Source: a virus (taxonomy: Duplodnaviria; Caudoviricetes). From it: 51,599 nt of DNA. The notes beneath the pieces were generated by a model. That model ran no database searches and had not been told where the DNA came from. It was given only the letters and a program-made list of their open reading frames with translations. Position 1 is the stretch's first letter; every line of letters starts with the position of its first letter. The stretch is taken from IMG/VR virus record IMGVR_UViG_3300048079_000024, positions 1 to 51,599 of that record. One strand, given 5' to 3'. A program made the position numbers and the translations under genes. Below are positions 17,508-25,652 of the stretch, piece by piece.

Positions 17508-17939
17508 ATGGGTAGATCAACTTTCTCCGGCCCAGTTGCAGGCGCATACGTTCCGTTCCCGATTCCGATCATTGGCTCGGCTGAGACACCGGGTGCTGTC
17601 ACGATTACGCACCGGCTCCAGATCCCGTTCGCGTGTCGCTTGCATGAGGTGGGCATTGCCTGCCACTCATCGGCGGGTGGGGCGTCTCGGCCCACCGTGC
17701 AGATCACAGACGGCACGAACAACCTCTTCAGCGGTGCCGTGAGCGTGGTGAGTGCGGGTGCTGTTGCTGTCACGCCTACATCATCGCCGAGTCTCGTGGC
17801 AGCTCAGCGGACCCGCGCGAAAGGGGACATCCTCCAGATCGCAGTGACATTCGTGGCGACTGAGGCCGTACAGGGCTTGGTGATTACGCCCGTGTTCGCC
17901 ACGCGCGGGCACGTGGTCGCGCTGGCGGCTAACGACTAG
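17508..17939 (+). CDS. Putative minor capsid/decoration protein
   Basis: N-terminal STFSGPV motif typical of genes following podovirus MCPs. Confidence 0.65.
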   Translation: MGRSTFSGPVAGAYVPFPIPIIGSAETPGAVTITHRLQIPFACRLHEVGIACHSSAGGASRPTVQITDGTNNLFSGAVSVVSAGAVAVTPTSSPSLVAAQRTRAKGDILQIAVTFVATEAVQGLVITPVFATRGHVVALAAND

Positions 17940-17949
17940 GAGCACACAC

Positions 17950-18144
17950 ATGGCTGGTCTCGGATTGTATGCTGTCGCCCGCGCCGTCGTGCAGGGCGAA
18001 CAGAAGATCGAGGACGTACCGAGGAACGTCCGGCAGAAGGTCGCCGACATCGCAAAGGTCATCCGTGCGTCCGAACCCAAGCTCGGCGCGGCTCCCATCA
18101 AGAACAAGCGTGCGGGCATGATTCGGCGCGTGCATTCGGCCTGA
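17950..18144 (+). CDS. Small basic hypothetical protein
   Basis: GGGAG RBS; fits gene tiling. Confidence 0.7.
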   Translation: MAGLGLYAVARAVVQGEQKIEDVPRNVRQKVADIAKVIRASEPKLGAAPIKNKRAGMIRRVHSA

Positions 18145-18146
18145 CC

Positions 18147-19079
18147 GTGGCAACCATCCTTGAGATTGCGCGATCGTCCCTCGCGGCGGTCAACACCGAT
18201 GCGAACGTGCTACTCGCGGCGCGGTGGGTGAATGATCGCTTCAGACAACTTGCTTCACGCGCCCGCCTCCGTAGTCTCCGTCAAGTTGGCAGTTTGGTTC
18301 TTCCCGCCCCCGTGACCGCTGGTGTTGCTACGATTACTCGCGGCTCGAAGTTCGTCACGGGGGATGCGACCGCACAGGCGGCGTGGTCTACAGCACTCGA
18401 AGGCCAGCACTTCAAGGCGCGCGTAGTCTGGTATCAAATCACCAAGGTCCAAGGGAATCAGCTCGAACTCGAAAACCCGTTTGCCGAGGATGATGTGGCT
18501 GATGGTTCGTACCGAGTGGTGCAGCGATACACGCCGCTCGATGAGACCGCCCGCTGGTTGGGGGATTTCGTCCACATGCGCCGCCGCATGCCGATCGATC
18601 GTGTGTCGCTGCCCGAGTTGAACATCTACGCCCCTGAGCGGCAACACGTCGGCGTGGGACCGTATGTGTATGTTGAGACCACCAGTGCAGCCTCCGGCGC
18701 GAAGCGGGTCGAGCTGTATCCGTATCCCTCGTTGACTGAGTTCATCAGTTACGTTTTCTGGTCTGTGCCTGCGAACATGGGGCCGCACGATCACGTGCCC
18801 GTCACGATCGACCCGTACATGCTGAAAGAGGGCACGCTGATCGACATCATGCGCTACGAGATGGCGAAGGCAGCGAATGCAGGCCGGGAGAACATGGCCG
18901 CATTCTGGCGTAATGAGTACCGGGCGCAGTCTACCACCTGGGAGAAGACGATGCTCGAAGCAATCCGCGCCGATCGGGGCAGTGATGACATGACTTTCAT
19001 CCTGGAGCGCCACGGGTTGCGCCCCGCTGGCGACATTCGTACTGCTCGGGACTATGTGCTGGCAAACTGGCCGAGGTGA
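18147..19079 (+). CDS. Putative head-tail adaptor protein
   Basis: T.LEIA N-terminus, WVND, ELYPYP, helical C-terminus. Confidence 0.6.
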   Translation: MATILEIARSSLAAVNTDANVLLAARWVNDRFRQLASRARLRSLRQVGSLVLPAPVTAGVATITRGSKFVTGDATAQAAWSTALEGQHFKARVVWYQITKVQGNQLELENPFAEDDVADGSYRVVQRYTPLDETARWLGDFVHMRRRMPIDRVSLPELNIYAPERQHVGVGPYVYVETTSAASGAKRVELYPYPSLTEFISYVFWSVPANMGPHDHVPVTIDPYMLKEGTLIDIMRYEMAKAANAGRENMAAFWRNEYRAQSTTWEKTMLEAIRADRGSDDMTFILERHGLRPAGDIRTARDYVLANWPR

Positions 19080-19082
19080 GAC

Positions 19083-19412
19083 GTGTGGGTTATCGCTGCT
19101 CTGATGCTTCTGCTCGCGGGGTGCGGCCCGCGCGAAGTGAAGGTCATCCGCACCTACGAGTTCAGTCCGGGCGTGAACATGACGATGCCGAAGGGTCAGA
19201 TCATCCAGATCCGCGTGATGTATGTCCCCCGAGAGCAGATTCACGAGATTGCCCGCAATACCTTCGAGCGGGATGGACTGCCGTTCAACCCGGCGTATCG
19301 TTACGAGGGATTCTTCGACTACCGCACGCGCACGCTCTACTGCGAGAAGTGGGACGCGGTAATCTGTGGGCACGAGTTATTCCACGCGACTGATGGAGAT
19401 TGGCATAAATAA
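19083..19412 (+). CDS. Lipoprotein with HExxH motif
   Basis: LLLAGC lipobox; GHELFH near the C-terminus. Confidence 0.7.
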   Translation: MWVIAALMLLLAGCGPREVKVIRTYEFSPGVNMTMPKGQIIQIRVMYVPREQIHEIARNTFERDGLPFNPAYRYEGFFDYRTRTLYCEKWDAVICGHELFHATDGDWHK

Positions 19413-19996
19413 TGTCGTTCACGGCACAAGAACTGACGGATGATCTGCTGAGGCGTGTACGCGACGCTGGTGGAGGGATGCACTCGCGTACGTTTGCCCG
19501 CAGTATTCTGTCCAAGGTGCAGCAGTCGGTCAATGCGAAGTACCGTAATGCACTAGAGTTTACGTTCCTCACTACTGAGAAGCTCCGACAGATTTATTCG
19601 ATCTCTGTCTCACTACCCTCTGCTCTCTTCGTGGATGCTGTTCGGGTGCCCGGTTTTGATACTGAGGGGGGGCGTGACATCCCCTTCACCCGCTGGCGCG
19701 AGTTGTCGCAGGGTGATCCACAGTGGTTCCGCCGCCAGGGTGATCGTATCGAGGTTTTCTCACTCATCGGTCGAGATCTCCTCGTGCTGCACCCCGCGTT
19801 GCCGGTTGCGACTACGGTGAATGTGCTGTATACGAGGATTACTACCGCTTGGACGAGTGAAACAGACGTGACCGAGATCGACGATGATCTCGTGCCCGAG
19901 ATGATGCGGTTGTCGGAAGCAGTGTTGCTCACAGTTGGCAGGCGTCTTGAGCAGGTGAAGGCCATGATCCAGCCGGAGGGAGCTGCTGTTGCCTAA
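19412..19996 (+). CDS. Putative adaptor-like tail protein
   Basis: TAQEL...R.RD N-terminus; DPQW; LHP..P; V.Y. Confidence 0.55.
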   Translation: MSFTAQELTDDLLRRVRDAGGGMHSRTFARSILSKVQQSVNAKYRNALEFTFLTTEKLRQIYSISVSLPSALFVDAVRVPGFDTEGGRDIPFTRWRELSQGDPQWFRRQGDRIEVFSLIGRDLLVLHPALPVATTVNVLYTRITTAWTSETDVTEIDDDLVPEMMRLSEAVLLTVGRRLEQVKAMIQPEGAAVA

Positions 19997-20630
19997 GTTA
20001 GATGTCCTCAGCTTGGCGAATGATCTCTCGCTGGCTCAAGCAGACCAGACGATCCTCGGGGATCTGTACGATGATCTCATGCTCGAACTCGGTCGAATCG
20101 AGCCGTGGCTCACCTCTGTTGCCATGATACAGTCACTCAACGGAACATCGTCGTACGTGCCGCAGCCAGAAGTCATTGAGATTCTATCAATCTTCTACGA
20201 TGAGAATCATCTCTCGCAGGTGGGCGAGCAGGAACTCGAAGATACCGAGGAATTGTGGCGTGACATCAAGGGGCATCCGATCGTTTTCACCATCGATGAT
20301 GAGAACCGCAAGGTGTTCCGTGTCTATCCGAAACCGGACGCGGACGGTGCTGCCTTCGGCGGGGGACTCGGCGAGATTACCTATGCTGAGGCGATCTATG
20401 GCGGGGATGTTCCTCTTGGATCTGCATTTTCAACAGGAGCGATCTCGTTGTTGTATTCCTCGAAGCGTGCGAGCTTTCTCCCGTACATGGAGTTCCCAGT
20501 TGCCTTCCTGCTCCTTCAGCGTGAGTTCATGCTGGAATCCGCCCACCGCGATGAGGGGTTCGCGTCCGCATGTGGAGCGTTGGGCACCCTATTCATGGAG
20601 ATGATCCGCGATGGCCGTGGGGTCTTCTGA
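19989..20630 (+). CDS. Putative adaptor-like tail protein
   Basis: W....G.P..F....FRVYPKP pattern. Confidence 0.55.
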   Translation: MPKLDVLSLANDLSLAQADQTILGDLYDDLMLELGRIEPWLTSVAMIQSLNGTSSYVPQPEVIEILSIFYDENHLSQVGEQELEDTEELWRDIKGHPIVFTIDDENRKVFRVYPKPDADGAAFGGGLGEITYAEAIYGGDVPLGSAFSTGAISLLYSSKRASFLPYMEFPVAFLLLQREFMLESAHRDEGFASACGALGTLFMEMIRDGRGVF

Positions 20631-20760
20631 AATCAAACCGATCACGCGCCAGGTGAACACGGTCGAGGATCTCCGCCGCGAGGTGAATGAGATCGTTGTC
20701 CAGATGAACCGAGTGATCGCTGAGATCATCATGCGGCTCAGCGTGGGGCCAAGGGGGTAG
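20611..20760 (+). CDS. 49-aa coiled-coil protein
   Basis: Manual translation MAVGSSEIKPITRQVNTVEDLRREVNEIVVQMNR...; fills the gap. Confidence 0.6.
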   Translation: MAVGSSEIKPITRQVNTVEDLRREVNEIVVQMNRVIAEIIMRLSVGPRG

Positions 20761-20763
20761 CGT

Positions 20764-21309
20764 ATGTCCGTACTTGGTGCAGGGGCAGGCAGCGGATACC
20801 CGACCGCGATCGATACGAAGCAGACGTTCACGAACGGGCCGAATCCACTCCCGGACACGAGCACACGCATCGACTCTGAGGCGATGAATGACGCGCTCGA
20901 TGCAATCGTGAAGCTCCAAACAGAGCTGGGGATCAACCCGTCCGATGCTGCCGATGACAGTGTGACCCCTGCTGACGCTGCGGCAACTGTGCTCGTGAAG
21001 TTGAATATGATCTTGACTCGCTTGAAGGAGATCATCAGTGGCAGCGATTGGAAGGATGCCGTCTCGATCACGTTGAATGCTCTCGCGGCGCACCGCGCGC
21101 GGCACATCTCGGGTGGCGCGGATGCCTTCTTGAGCACGGATGTTCTGGAATCAGCAGCAAGGAGGGTCCAAGAGTCGGGTGGCCCTACAATACTGTCATT
21201 TGCTGCAATCCCGGATGGCACGTTTCCCAAGCGTGTTGGTGCTGAGTTTGTAGGTGTGGCTACGCCAACAACTGATACGCTGGCGAGAATCATGGCGCTC
21301 GTGATGTAG
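20764..21309 (+). CDS. Putative tail fibre/spike N-terminal or anchor protein
   Basis: YPTAID, N...DAIVKLQTELG, H.A.H..GG.D motifs. Confidence 0.6.
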   Translation: MSVLGAGAGSGYPTAIDTKQTFTNGPNPLPDTSTRIDSEAMNDALDAIVKLQTELGINPSDAADDSVTPADAAATVLVKLNMILTRLKEIISGSDWKDAVSITLNALAAHRARHISGGADAFLSTDVLESAARRVQESGGPTILSFAAIPDGTFPKRVGAEFVGVATPTTDTLARIMALVM

Positions 21310-21319
21310 GAGGAATGAA

Positions 21320-21811
21320 ATGGCTGTTCAGTTTTTCAGGGCAGGTGCATTCGGAACTGATGTCATTACTGATTTCATTGTCTTGTGGGGAAAGGTGTCG
21401 GTGGACAACAATGTTACGCACTTGAGAAAGTTCCACGCGACTAGTGGGTATCAGGTAACTGCGGGTAAAACGCTACATCTGGTTAAGCTCAGATACTCTT
21501 TTGATTTTTCAAGCACATTTTCTGTTGCCCTGAAGATGGGGTATGCTGATAACGATGTAGGCTTGGATACGGCGACTGCCCGCACGAACCCTGTGATGGC
21601 GTTCGGACTAGATGACACCTCCAAGAATGGCATCACTGAAGTTGTGTCTTATGGCTCTGCTGGTATGGTAGTTGATGGGCTCAAAGATGCAGACCACGCC
21701 TTCGTTGGACCCCTTTCTGTTGCTTCAAAGTTTCCTTTCGCCCGAGTTAATTCTGGTGCATTTGCCTCTTCAGGGATTTTCTCAATCTTTGCGTGGTGTA
21801 TCGAGGCGTAG
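21320..21811 (+). CDS. Putative receptor-binding/tail tip domain
   Basis: Beta-rich; visibly more AT-rich codons than its neighbours. Confidence 0.55.
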   Translation: MAVQFFRAGAFGTDVITDFIVLWGKVSVDNNVTHLRKFHATSGYQVTAGKTLHLVKLRYSFDFSSTFSVALKMGYADNDVGLDTATARTNPVMAFGLDDTSKNGITEVVSYGSAGMVVDGLKDADHAFVGPLSVASKFPFARVNSGAFASSGIFSIFAWCIEA

Positions 21812-23482
21812 ATGGCTCTCAAACAATTCAACAATTTCGACCGTCGCCTCTGGCTCAGTGGGCCGAAGGAGACGATGCCGCGTGATGCGCTCCGCCGAGC
21901 CCGTGGCGTGCAGCCTCGGTGGGCTCGTTCCATTCGATCTCGGCCTGGCTCGGTGGATCTGTTCTCCATCTCGGCCCACTCGCTCATGCGATTTGCTGGA
22001 TCTCGGTTCCAAGGGTCCAGCGGTGAGTTCTACCGGAGCGGGATCTCGATCAAGTCAGGACTGAACGGCAACCGTCTCGCGTTCCTTCGTATGCCTCCGA
22101 CCCCTGGCACGATCGACTTCCTCTTTGTCGCTGGTGGCGGGATGCTGTTCAAAGTAGATCAGGCAGGTCTCGTCTCAAATTGGGGTATTGCAGCTCCCGC
22201 AGATGGTATGACTGCGGCGGATGGCGGCGCGGGAGCACTGAGTGGTGTCTACAAGTATCGTGTCACATTCAAAAACACAGTCACGGGACATCGATCGAAT
22301 GCGAATCCTACTACTGTCACCACGGCGAGCTTGACCAACCGAGCTGTTCTTCTCAGCAGCATACCCACGTCATCAGATCTACAAGTGGACGCGCGGGAGA
22401 TTTGGCGAACGGTCACAAATGGATCAGTCTTCTTCCTGTTGACGACGATTTTCGGGAACACGATCACCACGCTGACGGATAACATAGTTGACGCGAACCT
22501 CTCTCCTACGCAGCTTCCCACCGATAACCTGCCCCCTGATGCCACATTCTTCGACGTAGCAGGTCCGCACGCTGGCCGGGCGTGGTGGCTCGATTCAACG
22601 GCGGGCAAACGGGGGCGGATTCTCTACTCGCCCATCGGTCGGCCTGAGTCCATCGTCGGCTTCATCGAGCCCACCAATGACGATGATCCCATGCAGAAGA
22701 TCGTCTCGTGGGGCGGCTCTCTGTGGGGATTCAGTGCGACACATCTGTTCCAGATTCTCGGCGATGATGAGCCTTTCGTGTTCGTTGAAGTGTCTGGCGC
22801 GCAGGGAACGGGGAGCCCGCACACGGTCACACCAACACGCATCGGTATCATGTATCAGTCAGAAGATGTCATGCTGTTCGATGGGGCGCGATCCAACCCA
22901 TTCGCTCACGATGCGATTCACCCAATCTTCCACGGGGAGACTGTCGAGAACATCTCTAGCTTCTCGGGTATCGTGGCGACTGAGACAGAGAATGAATACG
23001 TCATCTCTGATGGCTCTCAGACTCTTGCTGTGGATCTCACCGAGGGGACATGGCGGGATCTCGGCATTGGATGCAGTGCGCTCTTCTACGAACGGGATAC
23101 CAAGAGCTTCATTGCCTCGTTCGCCAGCAAGGTGCGTCGGCTCGAAGTCCAGGGTCAAATATCAGATGGGGGTACACCCATTCCTTTCGAGGTGGAATCA
23201 CCGGGTGAGCAGATCGGCTTCGAGCAAGAGGGTATAGTGCAAATGGTCATCATCGATGCGATCACGAACGGGCAGACATTGACCCCGCGCCTCATTTTGG
23301 ATGACGTGGAGACTGTGCTCGCTGCTGTCAACACGGCGTCTCGGCAACGGGTGGAGTACCCGATCGGCAAAAAAGGCAAGATTGTCAGCGTACGGCTCAC
23401 CGGCAGTCTGTCCGATAAGGTTGAGGTTTTCAGCATCGGCATCGAGCACGTGGCGGGCGTCCCTGCCCTAGCGAGGGCGTGA
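21812..23482 (+). CDS. Tail nozzle/stabilisation protein (P22 gp10 / T7 gp12-like)
   Basis: 556 aa; RILYS..GRPES, G..SP..V and GIMY beta-propeller-like motifs; inserted Y.Y.VTF domain. Confidence 0.7.
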   Translation: MALKQFNNFDRRLWLSGPKETMPRDALRRARGVQPRWARSIRSRPGSVDLFSISAHSLMRFAGSRFQGSSGEFYRSGISIKSGLNGNRLAFLRMPPTPGTIDFLFVAGGGMLFKVDQAGLVSNWGIAAPADGMTAADGGAGALSGVYKYRVTFKNTVTGHRSNANPTTVTTASLTNRAVLLSSIPTSSDLQVDAREIWRTVTNGSVFFLLTTIFGNTITTLTDNIVDANLSPTQLPTDNLPPDATFFDVAGPHAGRAWWLDSTAGKRGRILYSPIGRPESIVGFIEPTNDDDPMQKIVSWGGSLWGFSATHLFQILGDDEPFVFVEVSGAQGTGSPHTVTPTRIGIMYQSEDVMLFDGARSNPFAHDAIHPIFHGETVENISSFSGIVATETENEYVISDGSQTLAVDLTEGTWRDLGIGCSALFYERDTKSFIASFASKVRRLEVQGQISDGGTPIPFEVESPGEQIGFEQEGIVQMVIIDAITNGQTLTPRLILDDVETVLAAVNTASRQRVEYPIGKKGKIVSVRLTGSLSDKVEVFSIGIEHVAGVPALARA

Positions 23483-23952
23483 TGTTAGTCTACAAGCCAT
23501 CTCCCGAGCACGACATGGCCCTCGTGCGCTGGTGGATGGACCTGTATAACAGTGGCGAGATCGAGCGGGTCTTCTCACAGAGTGTCGTATCCTTCGTGGA
23601 CTTCCTCTCGCTGTTCCTGCCCCCGAAGACGCTCGTGTTCGAGCACGACGAGCTGGGAATCTGGCTCGCAGCCTGGTTCGATCCCGTCATGTCGGGCGCG
23701 TTCATGGGCTTCTGGATCGCTGAGCGAAAACGACGCACCCGAGATGCGTATAGAGCAGCCATGAAGATCTACGACCTCGCTCTCGCGGAGTGGCCGGTCC
23801 TCATCGGCGTCACGCGACAGAAAGAATTGCTGGACATCCACGAGAACATGGGCTACGTTTCCAATGGCACGATTCCCCACCTGTGGGATGGTCAGGACGC
23901 GTATGTGCTTTGTCTAACCAAGGAGAGTTTGCGTGGCAAAAGGCGGCGGTAA
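23479..23952 (+). CDS. GNAT-like protein (T7 gp13-like position)
   Basis: FWIAERKRR...MGY...G; located between nozzle and ejection genes. Confidence 0.55.
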   Translation: MMLVYKPSPEHDMALVRWWMDLYNSGEIERVFSQSVVSFVDFLSLFLPPKTLVFEHDELGIWLAAWFDPVMSGAFMGFWIAERKRRTRDAYRAAMKIYDLALAEWPVLIGVTRQKELLDIHENMGYVSNGTIPHLWDGQDAYVLCLTKESLRGKRRR

Positions 23953-24466
23953 GGGTGGCGGCGGGGCTTCAACGAGTGGCAGTCAAGCCCTCGAAAACCT
24001 GACATCGCAGCTCACGGCTGAATCGGCTCCCTCACGCCAGGAGATGTTCCGTCAGGTGCTCGAAGGCTTGCAGACGGGAGGCATCGGCGCGCGCATTCCG
24101 ATTGTGTCGGCTGGTCAAGAAGCCTCCCGGCTTGCTACGTCTCGTGCGCTCCAGGGCACCACGGAAAGCCTGTCGCGCTCTCGCCTCGTCGGCACCCCAT
24201 TCGGGGAGCGCGTGCTTGCAGAGACTCGGATGGCTGGCGAGTTGGAGACGGCTGGTATTCCCACTCGTGATACTGCCCGCATCATCGAGACGTTTCCAGG
24301 GATCGCTACGGGCACAGCGACTCCCATCATTGGAGGGTTGGGCTCCCTTGCACAGACTCAAGCTAGCATGGTGAACACGCAGACTGCGGCGAAGGCGAGT
24401 CAGACGGGTGCCATGCTGAGTGCTGGCGGATCGATTGGTCGTGGATTCGTTGGCAGACCAAAGTAG
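23933..24466 (+). CDS. Putative DNA ejection protein (small)
   Basis: MAKGGGKGGG N-terminus; G/A/S/T-rich. Confidence 0.6.
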   Translation: MAKGGGKGGGGASTSGSQALENLTSQLTAESAPSRQEMFRQVLEGLQTGGIGARIPIVSAGQEASRLATSRALQGTTESLSRSRLVGTPFGERVLAETRMAGELETAGIPTRDTARIIETFPGIATGTATPIIGGLGSLAQTQASMVNTQTAAKASQTGAMLSAGGSIGRGFVGRPK

Positions 24467-24476
24467 GAGGTGACGT

Positions 24477-25652
24477 ATGCCTGTTAGAGCAATCATGCCG
24501 CTGCTCGCTGTGCTTGGCCTGGGTGCTGCTGGGGGTTTCTCCGAGCGCACCGGGGAGATCCGCGAGGAACAACGGCGCAAGGACTTCGATTCGTTCAACG
24601 CCATCGTGAAAGCTGCGTCCGCTGCGGGTGAGACAGATTTCTTCACCCAAGAAACGATGAAGAGCTACAAGAAACTCGGAGGAGATGAGGGCTCATTCGA
24701 TGTGTTCCGACAGGTTGCCGCCGCCCCGCTCACACAGGAGCATCGTCAGACAATGCTCGCATCGATTCTTGCCGAGCGGGAGCAAGCAAAGACCAAGGGT
24801 GCCGTCGCTGGCGCGCAGCGTCAGGCTGTCGAGGAAGGTGGGCTGGAGGGGTTGACTCGTGAAGAGCGGGTCGGCCTCATCTCACCTGCGGCTGCTCAGG
24901 CTGGCATCGGCGCGAGACAAGTCACCGTGCAGGAGCAAGAGTTACCGATCAAGAGACAAGAAGTAGCAGTCAGGAGCCGACTCGCGGACATCCAGGATCG
25001 CCAGCTTACGCTCGAAGCCAAACTTGGGTTCGGGAAACTTGATGTAGCTAAGCAACTTGCAAATCTGGAGGGAACCAAGACTAAGCTACTAGGAGAACAA
25101 CTCCGTGGAAATCTCTCCGGCGAACTCATTACGAAAGGGGGGTTCCCTGCTGGTGAGGCAGCCGCACTCGCTGACCACATGCTCGGTCGCAAGACGATCA
25201 CTGATGAGAAACTGCTTGCGAAAGTGCCCGCAGCTCGTGCAGCTATGAGTGATGTCAACGGCAGGCTCTCGCAATCGCTCAACTTGAACCAGGAAGCGAA
25301 TAAGCTACTCGACAAGATCCAGCGTCCGGGTAAGGGCGTGACGATCTCTGCGGCGGATAAAGCGAGTGATGTTTCCCAGTTCAACTCGCTGATGATCGAG
25401 AGCTTGAAGCTGCGCGCGTCCGTGCAGCAGATGGACGACGCTGAGATCACTCGATACCTGAGAAACAATCTGAGGTTCTTCACGAAGAAGGGCGACATCG
25501 TTTCGTTCAATGAAGGTGAAGCGATGAAGCTTGGAGTAGAGGATTACATCACAGATCCCCGGCAATTCGGGCTCGGTGCTGAAAGCCTCGGTGACAGGCC
25601 GGGTTCGCGGAAGTTCCTCGGAGAGTTCACAGGCACAGCAGCGGGGCCGTAG
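24477..25652 (+). CDS. Putative DNA ejection protein (middle)
   Basis: Hydrophobic N-terminus, helical, 391 aa; position. Confidence 0.6.
   Translation: MPVRAIMPLLAVLGLGAAGGFSERTGEIREEQRRKDFDSFNAIVKAASAAGETDFFTQETMKSYKKLGGDEGSFDVFRQVAAAPLTQEHRQTMLASILAEREQAKTKGAVAGAQRQAVEEGGLEGLTREERVGLISPAAAQAGIGARQVTVQEQELPIKRQEVAVRSRLADIQDRQLTLEAKLGFGKLDVAKQLANLEGTKTKLLGEQLRGNLSGELITKGGFPAGEAAALADHMLGRKTITDEKLLAKVPAARAAMSDVNGRLSQSLNLNQEANKLLDKIQRPGKGVTISAADKASDVSQFNSLMIESLKLRASVQQMDDAEITRYLRNNLRFFTKKGDIVSFNEGEAMKLGVEDYITDPRQFGLGAESLGDRPGSRKFLGEFTGTAAGP

Noticed and set aside
18255-19373. Long antisense ORFs (also 2722-3582, 12352-13269, 37641-38765, 47177-48313)
   Set aside because: Antisense shadows of real genes, expected with GC-rich third codon positions; no RBS or motifs.
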